IMG/VR virus record: IMGVR_UViG_3300043446_003193
Span: 1-64,000 of that record
DNA: 64,000 nt
Direction: 5' to 3' (one strand)
In this document: one piece after another, positions 9,921 to 18,054 of the stretch
Layout of the letters: every line of letters starts with the position of its first letter
Position numbering within the stretch: the first letter of the stretch is position 1
Position numbers and translations under genes: made by a program
Notes under the pieces: model-generated
The model's input: only the letters and a program-made list of their open reading frames with translations
Told to the model about the DNA's origin: nothing
Databases searched by the model: none

Positions 9921-10127
9921 TTAAAAATCTCCTTCGTAATGAGCATTTTCTTCATCATACTCATCCCATAAATCCCTACCCGAAGCAGTGTGAACAAAAT
10001 CGTCACCTAAAAAATCTTCACCCTTATAATTTGGGTGATTTTCTTTCATATAATCAATTCCTCTTACCCACGACCAAGAGATAAGAGCGGTAACAATAAA
10101 CATAACTAAAAAAACAACAAACAACAT
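9921..10127 (-). CDS. small membrane protein
   Basis: Hydrophobic N-terminus, acidic tail. Confidence 0.6.
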   Translation of the reverse strand: MLFVVFLVMFIVTALISWSWVRGIDYMKENHPNYKGEDFLGDDFVHTASGRDLWDEYDEENAHYEGDF

Positions 10128-10158
10128 AAAAATATATAATAAAGGGTTAATAATCCTT

Positions 10159-10671
10159 TTAATCCCACCAGCCTCTCATTCCACGATTTTTGTTACCTTT
10201 GAAAATCTTCCACAATTCTTTCCAATTGGACTCTTCTATTTCATGTGCCCTTTTGAATACTTTTGCATTGTGTTCTCTTTCTTCTGGCGTATCATCTCTA
10301 TCCCAGTCAGTATTTTTTAACTCACCTAACTCTAATTCTGCTTGGTTTATATAATCCGCTTCTCTAAGGTTATCAATCAATTGAATTGCTCGTTTGATAT
10401 CATTTACCTTTTTCATTCTACTATCCTCAACTTCCCAACCATAAAATTCTAGAGTGTGAGCAAGTTTAGTCAAAGAACGTCTTAACATCGCCAACGAGTA
10501 TGAATAATCCCAACTACGATGCTCCCATAATTCTTTTCTAAAATACCAAATGTTCTCAAAGAAATAAGGTATTTTATATCTAAACAATTCGTAAGTTTTA
10601 TACCACCAAGTTTGGTGTCTACTCATTGTTTTTAAACTTTCCCAGAAACTATCTGCAAATTCTACTTTCAT
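10159..10671 (-). CDS. hypothetical protein
   Basis: 170-aa Trp-rich ORF. Confidence 0.7.
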   Translation of the reverse strand: MKVEFADSFWESLKTMSRHQTWWYKTYELFRYKIPYFFENIWYFRKELWEHRSWDYSYSLAMLRRSLTKLAHTLEFYGWEVEDSRMKKVNDIKRAIQLIDNLREADYINQAELELGELKNTDWDRDDTPEEREHNAKVFKRAHEIEESNWKELWKIFKGNKNRGMRGWWD

Positions 10672-10853
10672 AACTATTGAGTTTTATTTTTTTTCTTAAA
10701 TAAGTCCGAAAATTTCTTCTCTTTTTTAATCGTGACCCAGCTGCCATCAGGTTTTTGTTCTAAAAGTGGAGCTTTCCAGATTTCAAAGCACATCCATAAT
10801 GTGCTTAATGTGATTATAATTCCTATAATTGTTGTTGCTGTATACATAAAATT

Positions 10854-11333
10854 TTATTTATACTTTTTCATTAAATTCCATCTATTGTGTCTTTCTTCTT
10901 CACTTAACTCCTGTGTAAAAGTGTGTTCAATATCTACTTTGACACATACTTCTGGTAATTTACAATTTTTAAGGTAATTGTTTATATATCCAATAATATT
11001 TGCCGCTCCTATCGGATTTGCAGAATGAACATATATTGTTGGTAGTGGTATTCCACTATTCATTGATTCTGCTACTAAAAATCTTGCACAATCCATTCCT
11101 GTTTTTTCAGGTATACGATTGTAGTCCAATTCGTAGTTTTGTTTTGTGTGAGTATAGTATTCAATCAATGCTCCCTCACCCAAATCATGATCCAAACTGA
11201 TTACTTCATATGCACCCAATCCTTTTAATTTGATATGTGATACAAACTCATCATAGTTTCTTACTACTTCCCAATTATCAGTTTTTGGTATTCGGACATC
11301 ATCTAAATATAACCATATTTTATCTTTTCTCAT
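10854..11333 (-). CDS. cyclic-phosphate-processing receiver-domain-like protein
   Basis: LYLDDVR, ISLDHDLG, KTGMDCA, VHSANPIG pattern. Confidence 0.75.
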   Translation of the reverse strand: MRKDKIWLYLDDVRIPKTDNWEVVRNYDEFVSHIKLKGLGAYEVISLDHDLGEGALIEYYTHTKQNYELDYNRIPEKTGMDCARFLVAESMNSGIPLPTIYVHSANPIGAANIIGYINNYLKNCKLPEVCVKVDIEHTFTQELSEEERHNRWNLMKKYK

Positions 11334-12108
11334 TATCTATAAATTCTAATTGTCTACTAATAAAATCATAATCAAAGGTAATTGGTTCATTATATACTTC
11401 ATATCTTAAATTACAAGAGCATCCATTAAACGCATAACAATCTCCCCAACTATCTTTATAAGGTATAGTTCCATACCCATACGCTTCGTGAATATGTCCG
11501 CTGAAATGTAAGTGTGGTTTTATTTCATGTATTCTATGATACAAGTCAGCACAACCTACATTTTGGTTTGTATTTGCAGCTCTATCACAATATCCATAAA
11601 TAGGTCCGTGTGTAATTACAATATCAGTATCATCTGGTATACCATTCCACACTTCGTTTATAGCATGCCCTCTATCTTTATTGAAAGCCCAACCATACCC
11701 AAATGAAGGTGTAATTGGAGACCCCCAAATTTTAATGTTATCTAAAGTAACAAAACTATTTTCTAAATAAAAAACATTTGGATTTAAACCACTTTCTAAT
11801 AAAAGACACAACCATTCTGGTTTACCTATAACAGGTGGTTCAAAATATTGTTTTCTATCAAAGTGGACAGATTTATCTCTATACAAAACTTCGGAATCAA
11901 ATATCGTATCGTGATTTCCTGCTATGAATATTTTGTACATGTAATTATCAATATCATTAAACCATTTAATGAAATCCTTAACTTCATGTTCTCTACCTAT
12001 TGATGAAATATCTCCACTATGAATGAGAATATCACCACCTGGCAACTTTCCATTTAGTTGCTTATGTTTATTGTGTGTATCGCTAATGTGCGTTATTCTC
12101 ATTTTCAT
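11320..12108 (-). CDS. metallophosphoesterase (calcineurin-like, MPPED type)
   Basis: ISDTH, HSGD, AGNHD, ITHGP, FSGHIHE motifs. Confidence 0.9.
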   Translation of the reverse strand: MKMRITHISDTHNKHKQLNGKLPGGDILIHSGDISSIGREHEVKDFIKWFNDIDNYMYKIFIAGNHDTIFDSEVLYRDKSVHFDRKQYFEPPVIGKPEWLCLLLESGLNPNVFYLENSFVTLDNIKIWGSPITPSFGYGWAFNKDRGHAINEVWNGIPDDTDIVITHGPIYGYCDRAANTNQNVGCADLYHRIHEIKPHLHFSGHIHEAYGYGTIPYKDSWGDCYAFNGCSCNLRYEVYNEPITFDYDFISRQLEFIDNEKR

Positions 12109-12111
12109 AAC

Positions 12112-12432
12112 TTATTTTTTTAAATAATGTATTATATCTTTAATCTTATTTATATCTTTTGGATTAATAATAAACTCATCAAATGCACCATACATGCATT
12201 GATAACCAAAAATGTATTTAATTCCATATTTCAATCTTTGCCAAAATGGTCTTTTATTCAAATGAGTATGAATATAAACCATAGGGTATTTTGTACCATC
12301 TGGATATTCATCTTCGGAATAGTGAACAACCATTTGGTGTTCGGTTGAATGACAATCACATATTAAGATATCATGTGATTCATAAGGGGTTTTCTTTTCT
12401 CTAAAATTCTTTTTTTGTTTCTCTGATGACAT
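12112..12432 (-). CDS. hypothetical protein
   Basis: 106-aa ORF, CDCHSTEH. Confidence 0.65.
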   Translation of the reverse strand: MSSEKQKKNFREKKTPYESHDILICDCHSTEHQMVVHYSEDEYPDGTKYPMVYIHTHLNKRPFWQRLKYGIKYIFGYQCMYGAFDEFIINPKDINKIKDIIHYLKK

Positions 12433-12675
12433 CCGATACTGATTTTTCTGGGCTTTCTTTCATATGTCTAATAGCCCTGATTATAAACTCTGCTAATTTA
12501 TCTTTCTTTTCCAATTTTTTAATCAACTCATTTAATGTGATTAAATCTTCATAGAATTTTCCCATATAGTTGTTTTCTATTAGATATTAAAGATACGAAA
12601 AAAACCCCAAATTACCAAAACTATTTTTAGTAACATTGGGGTCAATGACTTACATATATTATTTTTTTATATATG

Positions 12676-13305
12676 TTATGCTATCTTTGGAAATAAGATA
12701 TTTTCCATAAAGTATTTAGCTCTTTCTTCGCCTAATTTTGCCTTCAATACATTATAAGTTCTTTCGTTCTTTTGTTGGTTTTCACAATATCGGTTTTGAG
12801 CTGCTATAATATATTCAGTTCTACTTGCTTTTGGTTCTGCGTTTACTAAAATATCCATATATGCTGTAAAATTCTCAATAACTACTTCACTTAATTTATC
12901 CATTTCACTATCATTTGGTATAATTGCTAATGGTGTTGGTGAAAATATAATCTTTGCCCAATCAGGTAATGGATATTCTTTTTCAAATTTATGTGTTATT
13001 CTCATACCCAAAGAATTATCAACAGGCGACCAATCTAAAAATGCTGCCAATGGTTTCTTATCGGTAGTAATAATATCAAATCCAAAAATAGGAGTTTGGT
13101 ATATTGCATCTGGGAAACATGTAAAGTGTAATACTTCTAAATTATTATCACTATATCTTTCAATATGCGCAACTCTAAATTTATTACCTACATATCTTTT
13201 ATTCTTCCACCCAAAATCATCAGTATGTATTTCTATGCCATCATTTTCTTGTATCAAGACATGTAATTGACTTGCTATATTATCCAGTATTTTTTTGTAA
13301 CTCAT
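12676..13305 (-). CDS. pcyA: ferredoxin-dependent bilin reductase (PcyA/PcyX family)
   Basis: AHIERY...LEVLHFTCFP...PIFGFDII...DWSP...LPDWA..IFSP...QNRYCENQQKNERT...MENILFP. Confidence 0.8.
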   Translation of the reverse strand: MSYKKILDNIASQLHVLIQENDGIEIHTDDFGWKNKRYVGNKFRVAHIERYSDNNLEVLHFTCFPDAIYQTPIFGFDIITTDKKPLAAFLDWSPVDNSLGMRITHKFEKEYPLPDWAKIIFSPTPLAIIPNDSEMDKLSEVVIENFTAYMDILVNAEPKASRTEYIIAAQNRYCENQQKNERTYNVLKAKLGEERAKYFMENILFPKIA

Positions 13306-13789
13306 CTAATATGTTTATAATGTAATTAAATCCCTTATTAACTTCATCAGCCCATTCATCTTTTTGAATACTTCTTATACTACCAATCAATTCCATCATA
13401 TCACCATCAAACTCATACATCTTACCACTACCTGGAACTTTTGATTTCATCATTTGTCCACCAAACATAATTGCTAAATAGTTTAAGTAGATATGCGCAT
13501 TTAATTCATTTTGATTTAAATCACCTAAATAAACAAAATAATCTGTTGTTGATTTTAATATTGGAAATTTATATCCACCCAATTCGTTTATATCTTCCTG
13601 AATTTTAGATAGTCTTTTCAAACTATCATGTGGTAAATTTCTATTTTCTATTTCTTGGAAAATGTAAGATTGTTGAATTAGATAGTTTAAGTATTCATCA
13701 TTACTCAATTTACCCGCAAACATTCTTTGATTAAAATCCATCTTTTCTGCCTTACTATGTAATTCGGCAGTTGCTTCTCTTAAATTCAT
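13280..13789 (-). CDS. ho1: heme oxygenase (biliverdin-producing)
   Basis: LREATAELHSKAE (proximal His), AHIYLNYLAIMFGGQMM distal helix; adjacent to the bilin reductase. Confidence 0.85.
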   Translation of the reverse strand: MNLREATAELHSKAEKMDFNQRMFAGKLSNDEYLNYLIQQSYIFQEIENRNLPHDSLKRLSKIQEDINELGGYKFPILKSTTDYFVYLGDLNQNELNAHIYLNYLAIMFGGQMMKSKVPGSGKMYEFDGDMMELIGSIRSIQKDEWADEVNKGFNYIINILDELQKNTG

Positions 13790-13800
13790 ATTTTTAATTT

Positions 13801-13959
13801 TGCTGAAAGGGAAGGAGTTGAACCTTCAAAGGGAGATTCGGAAAGTAACACAATGCTTGCAAGCTGGTGGTCAACCCCATATTACTTTTCTATTTCTTTA
13901 TCCCCGCCCACGAGACGAGTGGGTGTGTCTGCCGTGCTTAAGCTTTTCACCACCTTTCA
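13801..13959 (-). ncRNA. expanded tRNA-like RNA (~159 nt)
   Basis: Acceptor TGAAAGG/CCTTTCA, T-arm GAAGG-TTCAACT-CCTTC, enlarged D loop, non-canonical anticodon loop TCGTCTC, very long variable region. Confidence 0.6.
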
Positions 13960-13965
13960 ATTTTG

Positions 13966-14053
13966 CGGAGAGTCAGGGATTTGAACCCCAGATACCTTTC
14001 GGGTATGCCAATTTTCAAGATTGGTGCGATAAACCAGACTCTGCCAACTCTCC
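13966..14053 (-). tRNA. tRNA-Ser(TGA)
   Basis: CCAAT-CT-TGA-AA-ATTGG, long variable arm, TTCAAAT T-loop. Confidence 0.95.
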
Positions 14054-14058
14054 TAATA

Positions 14059-14328
14059 CTAATAGATATGTGTTTCTTCGTTTCTGAAGTCTTTCGTATC
14101 TATTTCCATTTTATTTTGTCTTATTCTAGCTTCTTCTGCTCTTTTGACCATTCTTATCCAAGTTATAGATGCGTCAACAGGTGCCAAAACCCATGCCATC
14201 ATTAATACCATAATGGCATCTAATTCAGGAGATTGCCCAGTTGGATCAGGAGAATATCGTTTCTTATAAGTTTTAAATAACTGATAAAAACAATAAATAA
14301 CACAAAGTACATAATAAGTAACTAACAT
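14059..14328 (-). CDS. small membrane protein
   Basis: Two hydrophobic segments. Confidence 0.6.
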   Translation of the reverse strand: MLVTYYVLCVIYCFYQLFKTYKKRYSPDPTGQSPELDAIMVLMMAWVLAPVDASITWIRMVKRAEEARIRQNKMEIDTKDFRNEETHIY

Positions 14329-14560
14329 AACTTTTATTTTTATTTTTAAAATGAGTTTGTGAGGAATGAATCCAATTAAAAAAGGTTATCCAAATTTCAA
14401 AGAGGTTTGAGTTTATTGAAATAGCTGACAAGAGACCCTAATATTATTGAAGTTTGTTAATAATTCATTTATCTTATTCGTTCATCCGCTTGGTTGCTCA
14501 CAAGTAGTATTGCAAGAATAAACTAATCAATCAGTTTCAAACCCCACTCACTCAATATTT

Positions 14561-14989
14561 TTATATTTGTGTGTTTGCATTGTGAATATCCAATTCGTTT
14601 TGCAACTCTTCAATTCTTTCACTTAACACATCCACTTTGTTTTGAATATCCACCACATTCAATTCCACTTCTTTTACCGAAATAACACTTCCATATCTTT
14701 CAGCCACTTTACCTTCTTCGGTTGGAACTTTCTTTAATTCCTTTACCAATCCTTTCAATTCTGCTAATTCAAATATTTTAGCATATACCGGTTGATTTGC
14801 TTTATGGATTTTTGCTTTCAACTCAACTAACTCCAATTGAATCGTTTCAATTACCGTCAATGTAACGGACATTGAATATCTACGTGGGTTTCCTTCTTCA
14901 ATTGAGTTATACTTTTTCAAAATCTCATATTGAGCTTTCAAATCAGTAACCAATTTGTTTTTTTGTTTTAATGCTTGTTTTACATTCAT
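14561..14989 (-). CDS. coiled-coil protein (DIP1984-like)
   Basis: MNVKQALKQKNKL...IEELQNELDIHNANT pattern; own promoter at ~15010-15041. Confidence 0.55.
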   Translation of the reverse strand: MNVKQALKQKNKLVTDLKAQYEILKKYNSIEEGNPRRYSMSVTLTVIETIQLELVELKAKIHKANQPVYAKIFELAELKGLVKELKKVPTEEGKVAERYGSVISVKEVELNVVDIQNKVDVLSERIEELQNELDIHNANTQI

Positions 14990-15130
14990 TTTTTTAGGTT
15001 TTAATATTTTAAATATACAAATAATTTTTCAAATTACCAAATAAAAATAAGCAGGTGTGGAGTCACCTACTTATTTTAGTGAATGAGAAACATCTGAATC
15101 TCTTTGTGGCTGTATCACCAAAGCCCATTC

Positions 15131-15239
15131 GGTGCCAGAGGAGGGTCTGGTTACCCACACGGTGTCCATTTCGGATTCACCACCCACCTAGGAAGGGAAC
15201 GTCTAATAGTTGTACACACTATCATTCCGCCACTCTGGC
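15131..15239 (-). ncRNA. degenerate tRNA-like RNA
   Basis: Acceptor GCCAGAG/CTCTGGC-A, D-arm TGGCGGAA..TAGACG with inserted hairpin, long variable arm, no TTC T-loop. Confidence 0.55.
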
Positions 15240-15244
15240 ATATG

Positions 15245-15331
15245 TGCCCCGAGCAGGATTTGAACCTGCACCCGTATTTTCGCCGGACAGCATTTTAAGT
15301 GCTGCGAGTCTACCAATTTCTCCATCGGGGC
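15245..15331 (-). tRNA. tRNA-Leu(TAA)
   Basis: CAGCA-CT-TAA-AA-TGCTG, long variable arm. Confidence 0.95.
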
Positions 15332-15336
15332 AAACT

Positions 15337-15777
15337 CTATTTTATATTTCTCGCTCTATATGTGTTAGTTTGCGAATGACAATTAGGACAAATTATTCTT
15401 AAATTTTCTAATCTATGATTTGTTCTATCACCATCAATATGGTCTAATTCAAATGAAACTGGTTTATTGTTCCATTTTAGTATACCACACACTTCACATT
15501 TTTCCTGTTTAATACTTTCTTTAATCAATCTAATTCTTAATTTATTAGTTTGATATTGTGGATGTTTTCCATCTAGTATTTCAGAAAGAGCTATTTTATC
15601 AAATCCATCTTTTTTTGGTTTTTTTATTCCTTTTCCAGATTGATTTATTTTATAACATCCCAATTTAACAGCTCTATTTTTTAGAGTATTAAAATGAATA
15701 CCAAGTTCAGCTGCAGCTTTTGCCATTGAAATTGATTTTTTACACATTTTAATTATTTCATCATCATTTACTTTCAT
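15337..15777 (-). CDS. HNH endonuclease with N-terminal HTH
   Basis: CEVCG...FELDHIDGDRTNHRLENLRIICPNCHSQT. Confidence 0.9.
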   Translation of the reverse strand: MKVNDDEIIKMCKKSISMAKAAAELGIHFNTLKNRAVKLGCYKINQSGKGIKKPKKDGFDKIALSEILDGKHPQYQTNKLRIRLIKESIKQEKCEVCGILKWNNKPVSFELDHIDGDRTNHRLENLRIICPNCHSQTNTYRARNIK

Positions 15778-15818
15778 ATTGATTTTAATAATAAGTATAT
15801 GACATGATAGAAAAACAA

Positions 15819-16403
15819 TCAATTGTGTATAACTATCTCAATTGGTTTTCCCAAATAATCAATATCACATTCAGTCCAAAGTTGTTCTGACATAGATATT
15901 GAAATTTTTGCAGAATATGGTAGATTATTATTCTTACCTACCCAACCGGTTAGTTTTCCTTTTTTAGAAAATGTTTCAATCCAATTTAATTTTGAATAAT
16001 CAATTAGTGACGAATCAAACTGAATTAAATAGTATTTTCTAATTCCTTTTTTCCACTCTCCTTTATTCCTACCCAACATTATATATGTATCACAATGTTT
16101 TTTAGAAATAAAATTTATTTTATCTTTTATAGTTTCATGTGAAGTAGTTCTATGACCACTCCAAGTTATACTACCTTTCTTATGATTTATATCCCCACTT
16201 TTGTTTTGATAATTCGTTCCATCTGCTTCCGATACAACATCCGTTCCAACATCATGTCCACCTACATTCCAATTTGAATCCATCCCATTTATACATTGGT
16301 CAAAAATATCTTCCCACAATTCCGCTTTGACAGGAAATCGGTATAACTGATGATGTAACTTTATCTTTTCTTCTATCTTCTTAACAATATCTTTCTTTAT
16401 CAT
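15819..16403 (-). CDS. hypothetical protein, possibly PD-(D/E)XK nuclease-like
   Basis: ELWEDIF...GTDV...YQNKSG spacing resembles a restriction-like fold; weak. Confidence 0.45.
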   Translation of the reverse strand: MIKKDIVKKIEEKIKLHHQLYRFPVKAELWEDIFDQCINGMDSNWNVGGHDVGTDVVSEADGTNYQNKSGDINHKKGSITWSGHRTTSHETIKDKINFISKKHCDTYIMLGRNKGEWKKGIRKYYLIQFDSSLIDYSKLNWIETFSKKGKLTGWVGKNNNLPYSAKISISMSEQLWTECDIDYLGKPIEIVIHN

Positions 16404-16417
16404 ATATAAACCGTTTG

Positions 16418-16491
16418 TGATTCGGAATGGATTCAAACCATTGACCCACAGCTTAGAAGGCTGTTGCTCTATTCAACTGAGCTACCGAACC
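16418..16491 (-). tRNA. tRNA-Arg(TCT)
   Basis: ACAGC-CT-TCT-AA-GCTGT. Confidence 0.95.
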
Positions 16492-16571
16492 TAATAAAAC
16501 ACAATCATCTCACAATCTTCAGATGCTAGCGGTTGCCGAGCTAATTGCATATACAACCGAATTGTGTTTTG

Positions 16572-16645
16572 CGGAACGTAGGGGACTTGAACCCCTGGCC
16601 TCTGCCGTGACAGGGCAGCGTTATAACCAACTTAACTAACGTTCC
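16572..16645 (-). tRNA. tRNA-Asp(GTC)
   Basis: CTGCC-CT-GTC-AC-GGCAG. Confidence 0.95.
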
Positions 16646-16704
16646 AATTTGTAGGTGGGACTAACCTACTTCGGTTTTGTACTTCAACCATTTAAGTCCT
16701 TTTG

Positions 16705-16777
16705 AGCCTCCGGTCAGACTTGAACTGACGACCTGCTGATTACAAATCAGCTGCTCTACCAACTGAGCTACAAAGGC
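16705..16777 (-). tRNA. tRNA-Thr(TGT)
   Basis: GCTGA-TT-TGT-AA-TCAGC. Confidence 0.95.
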
Positions 16778-17001
16778 ATTTAGGAAAGTAGAGGATGGGT
16801 GCGTGGACAACTACTTTTATGATTGGCTTTACTAACCGATAGTAGCGTATTAGATTTTCACTAACTCGTTTTAGCGGGCTACTTTTGTTCCCAATCAACC
16901 TATATGGTCGGTAAGAGGTAGTCACGGCTACTTCTATTCCCTCTTACCTATTCATACACTAACGGCTAAATGTAGCACGACCGAGTGTGATGTATGATGT
17001 G

Positions 17002-17073
17002 TACTCCCAACGGGATTTGAACCCGTGCTACCACTGTGAAAGAGTGGTGACCTAACCCCTAGTCCATGGGAGC
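17002..17073 (-). tRNA. tRNA-Glu(TTC)
   Basis: CCACT-CT-TTC-AC-AGTGG. Confidence 0.95.
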
Positions 17074-17085
17074 GACTGATAAATC

Positions 17086-17117
17086 AAATATACAACTAAT
17101 ATTTTACTTTACCAAAT
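17086..17117 (-). promoter_or_regulatory. internal Bacteroidota-type promoter between tRNA-Leu(TAG) and tRNA-Glu
   Basis: Minus strand TTTGGTAAAG...GTTG-TATATTTG. Confidence 0.7.
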
Positions 17118-17122
17118 ATTTG

Positions 17123-17204
17123 TACCCAAAGAGAGATTTGAACTCTCAAGCCTTTCGGCACTGGTTTCTAAGACCAGCGTGTCTGCCAGTTCCACCATTC
17201 GGGT
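17123..17204 (-). tRNA. tRNA-Leu(TAG)
   Basis: CTGGT-CT-TAG-AA-ACCAG. Confidence 0.95.
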
Positions 17205-17209
17205 TGATG

Positions 17210-17298
17210 CGGAAAGTGTAAGATTTGAACTTACGATACAATTTGATTCGTATGGCAGTTTAGCAAACTGCTGGTTTCAGCCACTCACCCAACTTTCC
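17210..17298 (-). tRNA. tRNA-Ser(GCT)
   Basis: GCAGT-TT-GCT-AA-ACTGC, long variable arm. Confidence 0.95.
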
Positions 17299-17301
17299 GA
17301 T

Positions 17302-17376
17302 TGGGGTGTTAGAACGGTACTGCCCCGTCTTATCTAGCTCCACAAACTAGCGCATCACTTTAATGCTTCAAACACC
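17302..17376 (-). tRNA. tRNA-His(GTG)
   Basis: CTAGT-TT-GTG-GA-GCTAG; atypical T-loop GGCAGTA. Confidence 0.85.
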
Positions 17377-17381
17377 ATTTG

Positions 17382-17451
17382 AGGTTAGTGTTAGAATTGA
17401 ACTAACTCCGTGAGATTTGCAGTTTCACCGGCCGCCACGACCTAACTAACC
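17382..17451 (-). tRNA. tRNA-Cys(GCA)
   Basis: Anticodon loop CT-GCA-AA, short D arm. Confidence 0.85.
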
Positions 17452-17457
17452 ATTTTG

Positions 17458-17529
17458 TAGCCCCTAAAGGATTTGAACCCTTACTAAAACATCCGTAGTG
17501 TTTCGTGCTGTCCGTTACACCAAAGAGCT
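17458..17529 (-). tRNA. tRNA-Arg(ACG)
   Basis: AAACA-CT-ACG-GA-TGTTT. Confidence 0.9.
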
Positions 17530-17534
17530 ATTTG

Positions 17535-17605
17535 CACCCATCGTAGGATTTGAACCCACATCAACGGTTTTGGAGACCGGTATGCTACCATTGCACCAGA
17601 CGGAT
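17535..17605 (-). tRNA. tRNA-Trp(CCA)
   Basis: CCGGT-CT-CCA-AA-ACCGT. Confidence 0.9.
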
Positions 17606-17666
17606 GTATTATATTTTATAGTTTCTATGTCAGTTTTAACCTTACATCATTACTATAAAACATGTG

Positions 17667-17739
17667 TAGGAATAATAGGACTTGAACCTATGACTTTTGA
17701 CGTATCAGATCAACGCTCTACCAACTGAGCTATATTCCT
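17667..17739 (-). tRNA. tRNA-Ile(GAT)
   Basis: TTGAT-CT-GAT-AC-GTCAA. Confidence 0.95.
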
Positions 17740-17744
17740 ATTTG

Positions 17745-17818
17745 TTGGGAATGCAGGATTTGAACCTACGGCCTCTTGCTCCCAAAGCAAGCGCGATACC
17801 TGACTACGCTAATTCCCA
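17745..17818 (-). tRNA. tRNA-Pro(TGG)
   Basis: CTTGC-TT-TGG-GA-GCAAG. Confidence 0.95.
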
Positions 17819-17823
17819 ATATG

Positions 17824-17894
17824 TTGCTCCTCATGGATTTGAACCACAACTAGATGCTCCAAAAACACCTGTGCTACCGTTACACCAAAGAGCA
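17824..17894 (-). tRNA. tRNA-Gln(TTG)
   Basis: GGTGT-TT-TTG-GA-GCATC. Confidence 0.9.
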
Positions 17895-17900
17895 ATTTTG

Positions 17901-17972
17901 AGCGGGTGAGAGGAATCAAACCTCCGTCTCCTACTTGGAAGGAAGGAGTAATAATCATTATACGACACCCGC
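17901..17972 (-). tRNA. tRNA-Gly(TCC)
   Basis: CCTTC-CT-TCC-AA-GTAGG. Confidence 0.9.
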
Positions 17973-17982
17973 TTATGTTTTG

Positions 17983-18054
17983 CGCTTTCCGAGAATTACG
18001 ATATCTCGCCCCCATCGTTAACAGCGATGTGCTCTGCCTCTGAGCTAGGAAAGC
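17983..18054 (-). tRNA. tRNA-Asn(GTT)
   Basis: CATCG-CT-GTT-AA-CGATG. Confidence 0.9.

Noticed and set aside
13801-13959. Selenocysteine tRNA
   Set aside because: No TCA anticodon, and the acceptor/T-arm geometry is 7/5.
16496-16570. Hammerhead or HDV/theta ribozyme call
   Set aside because: CTGAAGA is present but has no matching GAAA; the P3/L3 segment and catalytic-C junction of HDV do not fit. Kept only as an unassigned element.
15045-16935. GTAG...CTAC hairpins as Cas12a-like repeats
   Set aside because: Stem order is opposite to the Cas12a repeat (CTAC...GTAG), and spacing and loops are irregular.
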